Assembly: GCA_031404355.1 (NCBI GenBank)
Contig: JANNHK010000232.1
Coordinates: 1 to 60,066 of the forward strand
Direction: 5' to 3'
Origin: Actinomycetes bacterium
GTDB taxonomy: Bacteria; Actinomycetota; Acidimicrobiia; IMCC26256; PALSA-610
DNA: 60,066 bases
The notes below the pieces were generated by a model that was not told where the DNA came from, did no database searches, and worked only from the letters and a program-made list of their open reading frames with translations. This document shows, piece by piece, positions 1-8,626 of the stretch (the first letter of the stretch is position 1; every line of letters begins with the position of its first letter). The translations under genes were made by a program, and so were the position numbers.

Positions 1-545
1 GCCGGGCCGATGTCGATGCCGACCGCAGCGAACGATGGCGCGATTACTTCAGCGACGTACTCCACGGTGGGTACGGGGAGCGCGGCGTACCGGGCGGGTG
101 TCGAGTCGACCCAGATCTCGCCGTTGAGCGTGACCGACAGGTGCGCCCCGGAGCGGCCGAGCGCGCGGAGCCCGCCCACGACTGCCTCATCGGCGAGCAC
201 GATCCCTTCCAGCAACCGCCCCCACGGCAGTTGCACGTATATATGGTCGGCGATCCCCACGAGCTCCTCCGGCAGCGCCTCGATCGAAGCCCGCACGAGC
301 ACGAGATTGGGGCGGCCCCCTTTTGCCGGCTTGCGGGCGGCCTTCGCGGCCGTCTCGCCCATCGGTTCGTCGAGCGTGTCGATACCGACGACGAACTGGT
401 CGGGGTCCGCCGCCAGGTAGTACGCAAACCGGCCGTCGCCGGTGCCGACGTCGACCACGACTCGCGCGCACGAGCCGCAAAGCGCATCGAAGGCACCACG
501 GTCGAGCGGTTCGGTGCGCCCGCGCCCGACGACGCGCGTGATCAC
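1..545 (-). CDS. kamB: 16S rRNA (adenine1408-N1)-methyltransferase, KamB/NpmA family (3' end runs off the window)
   Basis: Not in the ORF track. My translation from GTG 545, which overlaps the rsmI stop as GTGA: VITRVVGRGR...VVVDVGTGDGRFAYYLA...VVGID...AAKAARKPAKGGRPNL...IEALPEEL...YVQLPWGRLLEG...LSVTLNGEIW. This matches the KamB hallmarks DVGTGDG, KPAKGGLPN and PWGSLL. Confidence 0.85.
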   Translation of the reverse strand, partial: MITRVVGRGRTEPLDRGAFDALCGSCARVVVDVGTGDGRFAYYLAADPDQFVVGIDTLDEPMGETAAKAARKPAKGGRPNLVLVRASIEALPEELVGIADHIYVQLPWGRLLEGIVLADEAVVGGLRALGRSGAHLSVTLNGEIWVDSTPARYAALPVPTVEYVAEVIAPSFAAVGIDIGP

Positions 546-1765
546 CGCTCGAGCCCGAGGACGTGCTCGTACGCGGCGTTGCGCCGCATGCCCCGGGCAT
601 CGCGCAGCGCGGCCGCGAGCGCCGACGCCGGTACCCCCTGCGCCAGAAGCGCCCGTAACAGCCCGTCGTCGTCGGCAACGGCGTCGGGCGCGGCGCCCGG
701 GACGATCACGATCGCGAATTCCCCGAGCGGGCGGTCGGTGCCCTCGAACTCGGCGGCCAGTTCGGCCGCAGTGCCCGACCGGAACTCCTCGAACACCTTC
801 GTGACCTCGCGCCCGATGCACACCCGCCAGTCGGGTCCGACCGCGGCGACATCGCCGAGGAGCTTCGCGACTCGGGTCGGCGCCTCGTAGCAGACGATCG
901 CCAACCCGGTCGCGCCGAGCTCGCGCAGTTCCGCCTGGCGTTGGGCCGAGCGGCGCGACAGGAACCCGGCGAACACGAACCGGTCGACGGGGAGTCCGCT
1001 CGCGGCGAGCACGGCGAGCACGGCCGACGGTCCCGGCACCGGCACAACCGCGAATCCCGCCTCGACCGCGCGGCTCACGACCACATATCCGGGGTCGCTG
1101 CAGAGCGGCGTCCCCGCGTCGCTGACGAGAGCGATCCGGTCACCGCTCGCCAATCGCTCGAGCGCGTCGGCCGCGCGTTCGGTCTCGTTGTGGTCGTGGT
1201 AGCTGAGCACGGGCGGGAGTTGCACGCCGACGCGGGTCGCGAACCCCTGGATCCGGCGCGTGTCCTCGGCCAGCACGAGGTCGACGCCGGTCAACACGTC
1301 GATGGCACGAATGCTGCGGTCGTCGTCGTTGCCGATCGGGAGCGAGACGACGAACAGCGCTCCCTCACCGCGGTCCGAACCGACAGCCTCGACCGTGACG
1401 CGCACCTCGGCGCCTGATGTGGAGAGCCGGTCGACGAGCGCGCGGTCGATGTCGGCCGCGGTCTTAGTCGCGTCGAACGCAACGGTGCGTGCTCGCAGGC
1501 CCTCGGTCCGGCGGAAGACGAGGGAGTCGTCGCCGAGGAAGAACGGGCTCATGGTCGCCGCGAACGAGTCGGTGAGACCGGCGCAGCTGATCGTCACCTC
1601 GACCCGACCCCGCAGCGCTCGCAGCGCGACGTCGTCGTGGTCGCTGCCGACACCGAGCACGCACGTGGCGCGCCGTGAGATCTCGGTGTCGCGGGTGAAC
1701 TCGATCGTCTTGGCGTGGGTCGCCGCGATGTTCGGGTGCCCGTGACACGTGAACGACACCGGCAT
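542..1765 (-). CDS. rsmI: DUF371-like domain fused to 16S rRNA C1402 2'-O-methyltransferase RsmI
   Basis: N-terminus GHPNIAATHAKTIEFTRD...RATCVLGV is DUF371-like. C-terminus has PIGNDDD, AEDTR, SYHDHNE, VSDAGTPLCSDPG, YEAPTR and GREVTKVFEE (RsmI). Confidence 0.88.
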   Translation of the reverse strand: MPVSFTCHGHPNIAATHAKTIEFTRDTEISRRATCVLGVGSDHDDVALRALRGRVEVTISCAGLTDSFAATMSPFFLGDDSLVFRRTEGLRARTVAFDATKTAADIDRALVDRLSTSGAEVRVTVEAVGSDRGEGALFVVSLPIGNDDDRSIRAIDVLTGVDLVLAEDTRRIQGFATRVGVQLPPVLSYHDHNETERAADALERLASGDRIALVSDAGTPLCSDPGYVVVSRAVEAGFAVVPVPGPSAVLAVLAASGLPVDRFVFAGFLSRRSAQRQAELRELGATGLAIVCYEAPTRVAKLLGDVAAVGPDWRVCIGREVTKVFEEFRSGTAAELAAEFEGTDRPLGEFAIVIVPGAAPDAVADDDGLLRALLAQGVPASALAAALRDARGMRRNAAYEHVLGLER

Positions 1766-1771
1766 ACGACT

Positions 1772-2530
1772 CTACCGGCGCCGGGCCGGGACCCAGTCGT
1801 GGATCGTGTACCCGCGCTGCGCTTCGGTGTGGTCGACGGTTCCCGCGGGCGCGTAGTGGTACACCATCGCCGCCCGCCACCGCTGCGATTCGTTGTCGGT
1901 CGAGAAGTGCATGAGGTGGCTGTCGAACAGCAACAGGTCACCCGGCTCCATCTCGACCGCGACGGCGTTCGACAGGTCGTGGTCGACGATCTCGAAGTAT
2001 CCGTAGTTCGCGTTCGGGCGCCGGTCGGGTACGTGGTCGTGTACCGGTTCGTGACTGCTGCCGGGCACGACGTACAGGCATCCGTTGTCGAGCGCCGAGT
2101 CGGTCGACGCGAGCCACGCGCCCACGACGGGCCGCATCGGCGTGAACGGGAAGTAGAAGGAGTCCTGGTGGCACGGCTGGCCCCACGCGCCCGGGTTCTT
2201 GAAGATGAACTGTGAGCTGAAGCAGTCGAGCTCGTCGGAACCCGCCGCGCCGGCGACGAGGTGGAGCAAGTCGTCGCGCATCGCGAACTCGGCGAATGGT
2301 GCCATCCGGTGCACCCGGAACACCTTCGACACGCCCGCCTCGGGGTCGGTATTCGCCCGGCCCATGAGGTTCGCTTCCGCGGTGACGAACGCCGGTTCGA
2401 TCTGCTCGCCCGCCGCGCTCCTGCGGGCCAGGTCCACGGCCGCGTCGAGCAGCTCGGTCGCTTCGTCGGCCTTGGCGAACCCGCGCACGAGTGCGTATCC
2501 GTCCTGCTCGTAGGCCGCACGGTCGATCAT
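1772..2530 (-). CDS. Phytanoyl-CoA dioxygenase (PhyH) family Fe(II)/2-oxoglutarate dioxygenase
   Basis: HQDSFY, DNGCLYVVPGSSH, GDLLLFDSHLMH and a distal Arg. Start revised to ATG 2530 (MIDRAAYEQDGY). Confidence 0.85.
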   Translation of the reverse strand: MIDRAAYEQDGYALVRGFAKADEATELLDAAVDLARRSAAGEQIEPAFVTAEANLMGRANTDPEAGVSKVFRVHRMAPFAEFAMRDDLLHLVAGAAGSDELDCFSSQFIFKNPGAWGQPCHQDSFYFPFTPMRPVVGAWLASTDSALDNGCLYVVPGSSHEPVHDHVPDRRPNANYGYFEIVDHDLSNAVAVEMEPGDLLLFDSHLMHFSTDNESQRWRAAMVYHYAPAGTVDHTEAQRGYTIHDWVPARRR

Positions 2531-2567
2531 CGGGCGAAGAATACGACCCGCGCGACAAGATGCGCAT

Positions 2568-3671
2568 GTGGCGAGCCCGGCGCAGGCACTTGTGATCGGC
2601 GGTACCGGGCCGACAGGTGTTCCCATCGTGCGAGGGCTGGTCGACCGGGGCTTCGCGGTCACGATCATGCACCGCGGCGAACACGAGACCGACGACACGC
2701 CGGCAGTCGTCGAGCATCTGCACCGCGACCCCTACGACGACGACCAGCTACGCGACGCGCTCGCGTCGTCGACGTTCGACCTGGTGGTCGCGATGTACGG
2801 GCGCCTCCGTCGTATCGCGGAACTCACCGAGGGCCGCACCGGCCAGTTCGTCTCGGTCGGCGGAGTCCCCGCGTACCGCGGGTGGATGAACCCGTGGCTG
2901 CCGATGCCGCTGCCTATCCCGGAAGATGCACCGTTGGTCCGCGCCGCCGAAGACGACGAGAAGGGCTACCGCATCGTCCGCACCGAGGAAGCCGTGTTCG
3001 CACACCACCCGCGCGCCGCACACTTCCGGTACCCGTACGTATACGGCCCGCGGCAACTCGTGCCGCGCGAGTGGCTGATCGTGCGCCGCGTGCTCGACGG
3101 CCGCGAACGCATCGTCGTCGCCGACGAGGGGCTGACGCTGCACCACCACGGCTACACCGAGAACCTGGCGCACGCAGTACTACTCGCGGTCGACAACGCC
3201 GACGCCGCGGCCGGGCTCGTGTTCAACGCGGGCGACGAGGACGTGCTGAGCGTCCGGCAGGTGATCGAAGTCGTTGCCGGAACGCTCGGACACGAGTTCG
3301 ACATCGTGTCGATGCCGTACGAACTCGCGACTCCGGCCCGGCCGCTGCTCGCCCAACCCCTGCCGACGCACCGCGTGCTCGATCTCACACGCGTCAAGAC
3401 CATGCTCGGCTACCGCGACGTTGTTCCGCCGCGCACCGCGCTCGCGGAAACCGCGCGCTGGCTCGTCGACCACCCGCCCGAACCGGGTGGAATGGAGGAA
3501 ACCGTGCTCACCGACCAGTTCGACTACGCCGCCGAAGACCAGCTGATCGACGAGTGGCACCGCACGCTCGCCACGATGCCCGCCGTTCCGTTCGCGACCG
3601 AACCCGGCTACGGGCTCGCGTACAGCGGACCCGGCGGCCGCGGCCGCAGCAACGAGGAGTTCGACGCATGA
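2568..3671 (+). CDS. NAD-dependent epimerase/dehydratase family protein
   Basis: ALVIGGTGPTG Rossmann motif; RYPYVYGP. Confidence 0.8.
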   Translation: MASPAQALVIGGTGPTGVPIVRGLVDRGFAVTIMHRGEHETDDTPAVVEHLHRDPYDDDQLRDALASSTFDLVVAMYGRLRRIAELTEGRTGQFVSVGGVPAYRGWMNPWLPMPLPIPEDAPLVRAAEDDEKGYRIVRTEEAVFAHHPRAAHFRYPYVYGPRQLVPREWLIVRRVLDGRERIVVADEGLTLHHHGYTENLAHAVLLAVDNADAAAGLVFNAGDEDVLSVRQVIEVVAGTLGHEFDIVSMPYELATPARPLLAQPLPTHRVLDLTRVKTMLGYRDVVPPRTALAETARWLVDHPPEPGGMEETVLTDQFDYAAEDQLIDEWHRTLATMPAVPFATEPGYGLAYSGPGGRGRSNEEFDA

Positions 3672-4864
3672 GTTCCCACCCAGGACCCATGGCGGGCGTT
3701 CGGGTACTCGACCTGTCGATCGCGCTGACCGGTCCGTACGTGTCGGCGCTCATGGCCGACCAGGGCGCCGAGGTGATCAAGGTCGAGCGGCCGGGGATCG
3801 GGGACATCGCGCGCTGGGTGGGCGTCGCGGTGAACGGGATGAGCGCATTGTTCCTCGTCAGCAACCGCGGGAAGCGTTCGATCGCGGTCGACGTGCACAC
3901 CGGCGAAGGGCGCGACATCGTGCGCCGCTTGGCACGCGACGCCGACGTCGTCGTGCAGAACTTCCGCCCGGGTGTCGTCGAACGCCTCGGCCTGGGCTAC
4001 GACGACCTGCGCGCCGAGCGCGCCGACGTCGTCTACGCGTCGCTGTCGGGCTTCGGACCTGTCGGTCCGTACGCGCACAAGGGCGCGTACGACACGGTCA
4101 TCCAGGCGTACGGCGGGTTCGCCATCAGCCAGTCCGACCCCACGACAGGCGAGCCGGTGTTCCTGCGCCAGACCGCGGCCGACAAGGTGACTGCGCTGTA
4201 CGCGGCGCAGGCGATCGCGGCGGCGTTGTTCGCGCGCGAACGCGGCGCGGGCGGCCAGCACCTGCACCTCTCGATGGCCGACGCGGTCGTGTCGTTCCTC
4301 TGGGCCGACGCCGCCGGCAACGAAGTGCTGCTCGACAGCGACGGGTCGCAGCCGTCGAGCTTCGTGCAGAACTTCCGCCCGTTCCGCTACCGCGACGGCT
4401 GGGGCATCGCGACACCGACATCCGACGCCGACTTCACCGGTCTGTGCAAGGCCTTCGGCGTCGACGGCTACGACGACCCGCGCGTCGCGACGATGGCCGA
4501 GCGTTCGAAGCACCGCGAGCTGAGCGGGCAGTTCATGCAGCGGTGCTACGAGAACGCGGACAAGCTGACGACGGCCGAAGCGACGGCGCGGCTCGAAGCC
4601 GAGAACGTCCCGAACAGCATCGTGCTCGGCGCGCCCGAACTTCCCGACGACCCGCACGCCCGCGCGATCGGCCTCTTCGAGGATTCGAAGCACCCGGTGG
4701 TCGGCAACGTGCGCCTCCCCCGCCACCCCGCGCAGTTCGCGGGCACGCCCGCCGCGCTCGCGGGCCCCGCGCCCGCGCTCGGCGAACACACCGACGAGGT
4801 ACTCGCCGAACTCGGCTACGCCGACCAGATCGCCGACCTCCGCGCCCGGAACGTCGTCGCCTAA
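3668..4864 (+). CDS. CaiB/BaiF family III CoA-transferase
   Basis: GVRVLDLS, GAEVIKVERPG, NRGKRSIAVD, QNFRPG, APALGEHTDEVL. ATGA overlap at 3668. Confidence 0.9.
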   Translation: MSSHPGPMAGVRVLDLSIALTGPYVSALMADQGAEVIKVERPGIGDIARWVGVAVNGMSALFLVSNRGKRSIAVDVHTGEGRDIVRRLARDADVVVQNFRPGVVERLGLGYDDLRAERADVVYASLSGFGPVGPYAHKGAYDTVIQAYGGFAISQSDPTTGEPVFLRQTAADKVTALYAAQAIAAALFARERGAGGQHLHLSMADAVVSFLWADAAGNEVLLDSDGSQPSSFVQNFRPFRYRDGWGIATPTSDADFTGLCKAFGVDGYDDPRVATMAERSKHRELSGQFMQRCYENADKLTTAEATARLEAENVPNSIVLGAPELPDDPHARAIGLFEDSKHPVVGNVRLPRHPAQFAGTPAALAGPAPALGEHTDEVLAELGYADQIADLRARNVVA

Positions 4865-4873
4865 ACCCCACCG

Positions 4874-4887
4874 AGGGATGCATCCCT
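4874..4887. terminator. Perfect palindrome between convergent genes (possible terminator)
   Basis: AGGGATGCATCCCT lies between the stops at 4864 and 4891. Confidence 0.4.
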
Positions 4888-4890
4888 TCG

Positions 4891-5634
4891 TTAAGCGGGC
4901 GCGTGGGCGAGGACGAGGAGGAACTCGACTTCGCCGTCTTCGCCGACCTGGGCGGGGCCGCCGCTCGGGTCGTCGATCTCGTAGTCGGCGAAGTGCACGG
5001 GGATGCTGCCGACGATCTCGATGTTGCCGGCGTTGATGCGCGCCTCGACGTCGAACGTGACCTCGTTGGTGACACCGTGCAACGTGAGCCGGCCGGTGGC
5101 CGAAACGGTGAGCGTCTCACCGTCGGCGGGCAGCGCACCGAAGTCGAGCGGGCCCGTGAGCTCGAACGTCGACGTCGGGAACTCGTCGGTCTCCATGATG
5201 CGACTGCGGAACTGGTTGTCGCGGTTGTCCTGGTCGCTCTCGAAGGTGGTCACGTCGACCGTGAACGAACCGGCCGTCACGCTCGTGTCGGAGATGTCGA
5301 TCGAGCCCGTCACTTCCTCGGTGCGGCCCACGGCAACGGCGTCCGCTCCGAACAGGATCTCGGTGGCGCGGTATCCGGCCTCGGTTCCCGTCGTCACGGT
5401 CCAGGTGCCGTCGACACCAACGGCGGTGGCGTCGGGCGCGATGGTCTCGTCGGACGCGCTCGTGTCATCCGTCGCGGTCGTGTCGTCGGACGGGTCGGAG
5501 GCTTGCTCGTCGCGCGCCTCGAACGAGAGCCTGGGCTCCTCGTCCTTGAGGAAGAAGTGGTACACAAACAAGGCGCCGGCACCGAGAACGACGACCGCGA
5601 CTCCGAGGATCAGCAACCGCTTGAGGAGCTTCAT
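4891..5634 (-). CDS. YceI family lipid-binding protein with N-terminal membrane anchor
   Basis: ESDQDNRD, FPTSTF, GRLTLHGVTNEV, FADYEI. Confidence 0.85.
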   Translation of the reverse strand: MKLLKRLLILGVAVVVLGAGALFVYHFFLKDEEPRLSFEARDEQASDPSDDTTATDDTSASDETIAPDATAVGVDGTWTVTTGTEAGYRATEILFGADAVAVGRTEEVTGSIDISDTSVTAGSFTVDVTTFESDQDNRDNQFRSRIMETDEFPTSTFELTGPLDFGALPADGETLTVSATGRLTLHGVTNEVTFDVEARINAGNIEIVGSIPVHFADYEIDDPSGGPAQVGEDGEVEFLLVLAHAPA

Positions 5635-5704
5635 GGCTCACAGTTCACCCGATGAACCTGGCAGGTTGTCGTGCACCCCCTGTCAGCGCAGGTGATGGTG
5701 CCTC

Positions 5705-6541
5705 CTACGGCCGGGGCACCGTGAGCGTGAGCGGCAACAGGATGAGCGCGGCGATCGCTATCGCGAACGCAGCCGCGCCCGGATCGTCAGATTCCGATTG
5801 CTCCGGGTTCGCGGTGATCATGGCGTGGTCGCTGTCGGCCCACGCGTCCTCGAACGCAGCCAGCGAAATCTGCACGCCCGCGCCGTCGGGGAAGCCGGGG
5901 TCGTTGATGTAGACCGTGCCGGTGTTGTCGTCGATGCCGGTGATGACGACCGCGTGGCCCGTCTGCATACCGGGGTCGGTGAACCCGCCGCCGCCCGCGT
6001 AGAGGTCGGTCGCGTCGAGACCGACGATGACGTTGCGGCCCGCGTCGAGCGCGGCGCGGAGGTCGTCGACCTCTCCGCTCTCGAGCTTGGCATCCACGTC
6101 GAAGTCTTCGAGCAGGCGCACGCCGTCTTCGGGCGACATGCCGGTGGGGGTAAGAACGTTCATCTCTTCGGCGCGAGCGACAACCAGGTCGGCGGCAACG
6201 GTCTCGCCCCTCAACTCGGAGAGCACCATCGCGATCGACGTCGGAACGCAAGCAACCGGGCCGGGCTGCGCCTGGTGGTACACGATGTCGTCCAACGGGT
6301 CGCCGTGCACGCCGTCGTCGACCGGCGGTTCCGGGTCGGCGGCGGCTGCTTCCTGCTCGTCCAGAAGCGGGTCGACGTCGCCGTCGCCGTCGACGTCCAG
6401 GTACAACGTCGTGTCGCCCGTCGCTTCGTCCTCGAACACCGCGGCGTCGGCAAGACCGTCGCCGTCGGTGTCGAGCACCGTCGTCTCGGCGAAGCCGTCG
6501 TCGTCGGTGTCGAACGACATCGAATCGCCAAGGTCGCCCAC
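5705..6541 (-). CDS. C39-like cysteine peptidase with DxDxDG repeats and C-terminal hydrophobic tail
   Basis: Q...ACVPTSIAMVL, GHAVVITGID and YINDPG triad motifs; N-terminal DTDDDG/DTDGDG/DVDGDG. Confidence 0.7.
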   Translation of the reverse strand: MGDLGDSMSFDTDDDGFAETTVLDTDGDGLADAAVFEDEATGDTTLYLDVDGDGDVDPLLDEQEAAAADPEPPVDDGVHGDPLDDIVYHQAQPGPVACVPTSIAMVLSELRGETVAADLVVARAEEMNVLTPTGMSPEDGVRLLEDFDVDAKLESGEVDDLRAALDAGRNVIVGLDATDLYAGGGGFTDPGMQTGHAVVITGIDDNTGTVYINDPGFPDGAGVQISLAAFEDAWADSDHAMITANPEQSESDDPGAAAFAIAIAALILLPLTLTVPRP

Positions 6542-6580
6542 GCCGCGAGTCTCGCGCCCGCCGTGGCGCGAACCAGGGCC

Positions 6581-8023
6581 TCACACCAGGTGGCGTCGAA
6601 ATCCGACGGACTCGAAGTAGCCCGACTGCTCGGTCACCTCGAAGGGCGAGTCGTCGCCGGTGGCACGCAGCGACAATGCCGTGGCCCCGGCGCACGGCGC
6701 CGACGGCGCGTGCAGCGGGAGGTCGAGGTCGAAGCCGGGATCGGGGTCGAATTGGTCGGCATCGATCAGTTCGCCGGGGTTGTGGGCGAAGCGATCGCGG
6801 CGCGTCAGCCACCACTGTGGCCCGCGGCTCCCCGCGCCCCGGGCGGGCGCGCCGAGGAACCGCCATTCGAGGAACCGCAGCACCGACGTGTGGTCGTACA
6901 GGCGGTGGTCGACGAGACCGGGCCGCACCTTCGGCGAGCAAAACAACGTCGGCACCCGGAACCCGGCTTGACGGAAGTCGTCGGCGTCGTTCCCGCTCGC
7001 GCGGTCGTCGGGGAGGCGGGGCGGAGGGACGTGGTCGAAGAACCCGCCCCATTCGTCGTACGTCAAAACGAACAACCCGCGCTCCCAGTGCTCGGAGCGC
7101 GCGAACGCGGCGAACGCGTCACGGACGAACCGTTGCGCGGCGCGGGGGTCGCCGTGCGGATGGTCGTCGGAGCGATTCGGTCCGGTGAACACCGGGCTCA
7201 CGAAGGACACGTTCGGAAGCTCGCCGCGCGCGGCCTCGTCGAAGTACCGCGCGATCGGACGGATGTACGGCGCCATACGCGCGCCCCACAACAGGAGCTG
7301 CGGGAGATCGGAGTAGTAGTCGGCGACCGGTACTCCGGCGGCGGCGAGGCGGTCGACGATGGTCTCCCACTGGAAACCGGCACCTCCGAACGCGTTGGTC
7401 TTGTTGCCGCCCGACTGCCCGGACAGCAAGTACTCGCGGTTCGGATACGTCGGGCCGAGCAGCGACGCGTGCCAGCGGTCGAACACCATGAACCGGCGGG
7501 CGAGCGCGTCGTACACGGGCAGGTCCTCGGCTTCGAAGTAGCCGAGCGCGAAGTCGTCGTTGCCGCTGCCGGGCGCGAGGAACCCGGCGTCGCGTTGCGC
7601 GCGCCCGGCGTTCCATCCGTGCCCCGGGTCGGGATGCCCACACGCGCGCCACGGGTCGGGATCGGGGGCGAGGACCCGCCGATACGTGTCGACGTGCGTG
7701 CCATCCGAGTCCGGATACGCCTGGAACGAACGGCCGTTGACGCGGAACCGCTCGCGGTGCAGGCGCTGCCCGTTCTCGATGTAGGTGTCGTCGCGGGCGA
7801 GCCAGCCGAAGTAACTGTCGAACGACCGGTTCTCCATCATGCAGACCACGACGGTGTCGATACCGCTCTCGGCCGCCGGCCTGTTCAGCACGGAGTGGAG
7901 GCGGCGCGGGTACACCGGCCGCCGCGGACGCGCCGCCGACGCAGACGGCAACGGCAACCGCGAACCCAAGAAGCCGGCCCCGCCGAGCACCAGGCCCGCC
8001 GCCAGAAAGTCGCGCCGCTCCAT
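6581..8023 (-). CDS. Tat-exported phosphoesterase / phospholipase C family protein
   Basis: MERRDFL Tat signal (start 8023); MMENRSFDSYFG, GPTYPNR, TYDEWGGFFDHV, GFRVP, YDHTSVLRF. Confidence 0.88.
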   Translation of the reverse strand: MERRDFLAAGLVLGGAGFLGSRLPLPSASAARPRRPVYPRRLHSVLNRPAAESGIDTVVVCMMENRSFDSYFGWLARDDTYIENGQRLHRERFRVNGRSFQAYPDSDGTHVDTYRRVLAPDPDPWRACGHPDPGHGWNAGRAQRDAGFLAPGSGNDDFALGYFEAEDLPVYDALARRFMVFDRWHASLLGPTYPNREYLLSGQSGGNKTNAFGGAGFQWETIVDRLAAAGVPVADYYSDLPQLLLWGARMAPYIRPIARYFDEAARGELPNVSFVSPVFTGPNRSDDHPHGDPRAAQRFVRDAFAAFARSEHWERGLFVLTYDEWGGFFDHVPPPRLPDDRASGNDADDFRQAGFRVPTLFCSPKVRPGLVDHRLYDHTSVLRFLEWRFLGAPARGAGSRGPQWWLTRRDRFAHNPGELIDADQFDPDPGFDLDLPLHAPSAPCAGATALSLRATGDDSPFEVTEQSGYFESVGFRRHLV

Positions 8024-8060
8024 GCCGCGGCATCCTTGCCGCAGACCGGAGCAACCGCAA

Positions 8061-8534
8061 TCAACCGAAGCGCGTCTGGGCGACAACCGCTCCGCCCTCG
8101 TGAGCGAGCAACCAGCGCTTGCGTTCGACGCCACCGGCGTAGCCGCCGATCTCACCCGTCGAACGGACAACGCGGTGACACGGAACGATGACGCCGACCG
8201 GGTTCGACGCGTTCGCCATGCCCACAGCCCGCGCCGCGCCCGGCATCCCGAGGTCGTCGGCCAGGTCGCCGTAGCTGCGGGTCGCGCCGGGCGGAATTTC
8301 GCGCAGGAGCTTCCACACCCGTTCCTGGAACGACGTGCCTTGCACGTCGACCCGGATGCGGGAGAGCGCGTCGAGGTCGCCGTCGAAGTACGCGACCAAC
8401 GCCTGAAGCACACCGGACGCCCCCGGGCCGGGGCGGCCCCACTCGTCGAACCCGGCGCGGCGCACCGCCCCGTCGGCGACCTCGGCCGTGAACCAACCCA
8501 CCGGCGTTTGCACTCGCACAGTCTCGATACTCAT
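8061..8534 (-). CDS. ogt: Methylated-DNA--protein-cysteine methyltransferase
   Basis: FQERVW, SYGDLA, ARAVG, active-site VPCHRV. Confidence 0.93.
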   Translation of the reverse strand: MSIETVRVQTPVGWFTAEVADGAVRRAGFDEWGRPGPGASGVLQALVAYFDGDLDALSRIRVDVQGTSFQERVWKLLREIPPGATRSYGDLADDLGMPGAARAVGMANASNPVGVIVPCHRVVRSTGEIGGYAGGVERKRWLLAHEGGAVVAQTRFG

Positions 8535-8559
8535 ACCTGTGTTCTACGCGAAGGCGACT

Positions 8560-8600
8560 GGACGGATCCGGACAGCGATCTACCGTGTCCGGATCCGTCC
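8560..8600. promoter_or_regulatory. Perfect 15-bp inverted repeat between divergent ogt and ada-alkA; candidate Ada-regulon operator pair
   Basis: GGACGGATCCGGACA-N11-TGTCCGGATCCGTCC. Confidence 0.6.
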
Positions 8601-8626
8601 ACCCGGCCTACCGTACGAATGAGTTC

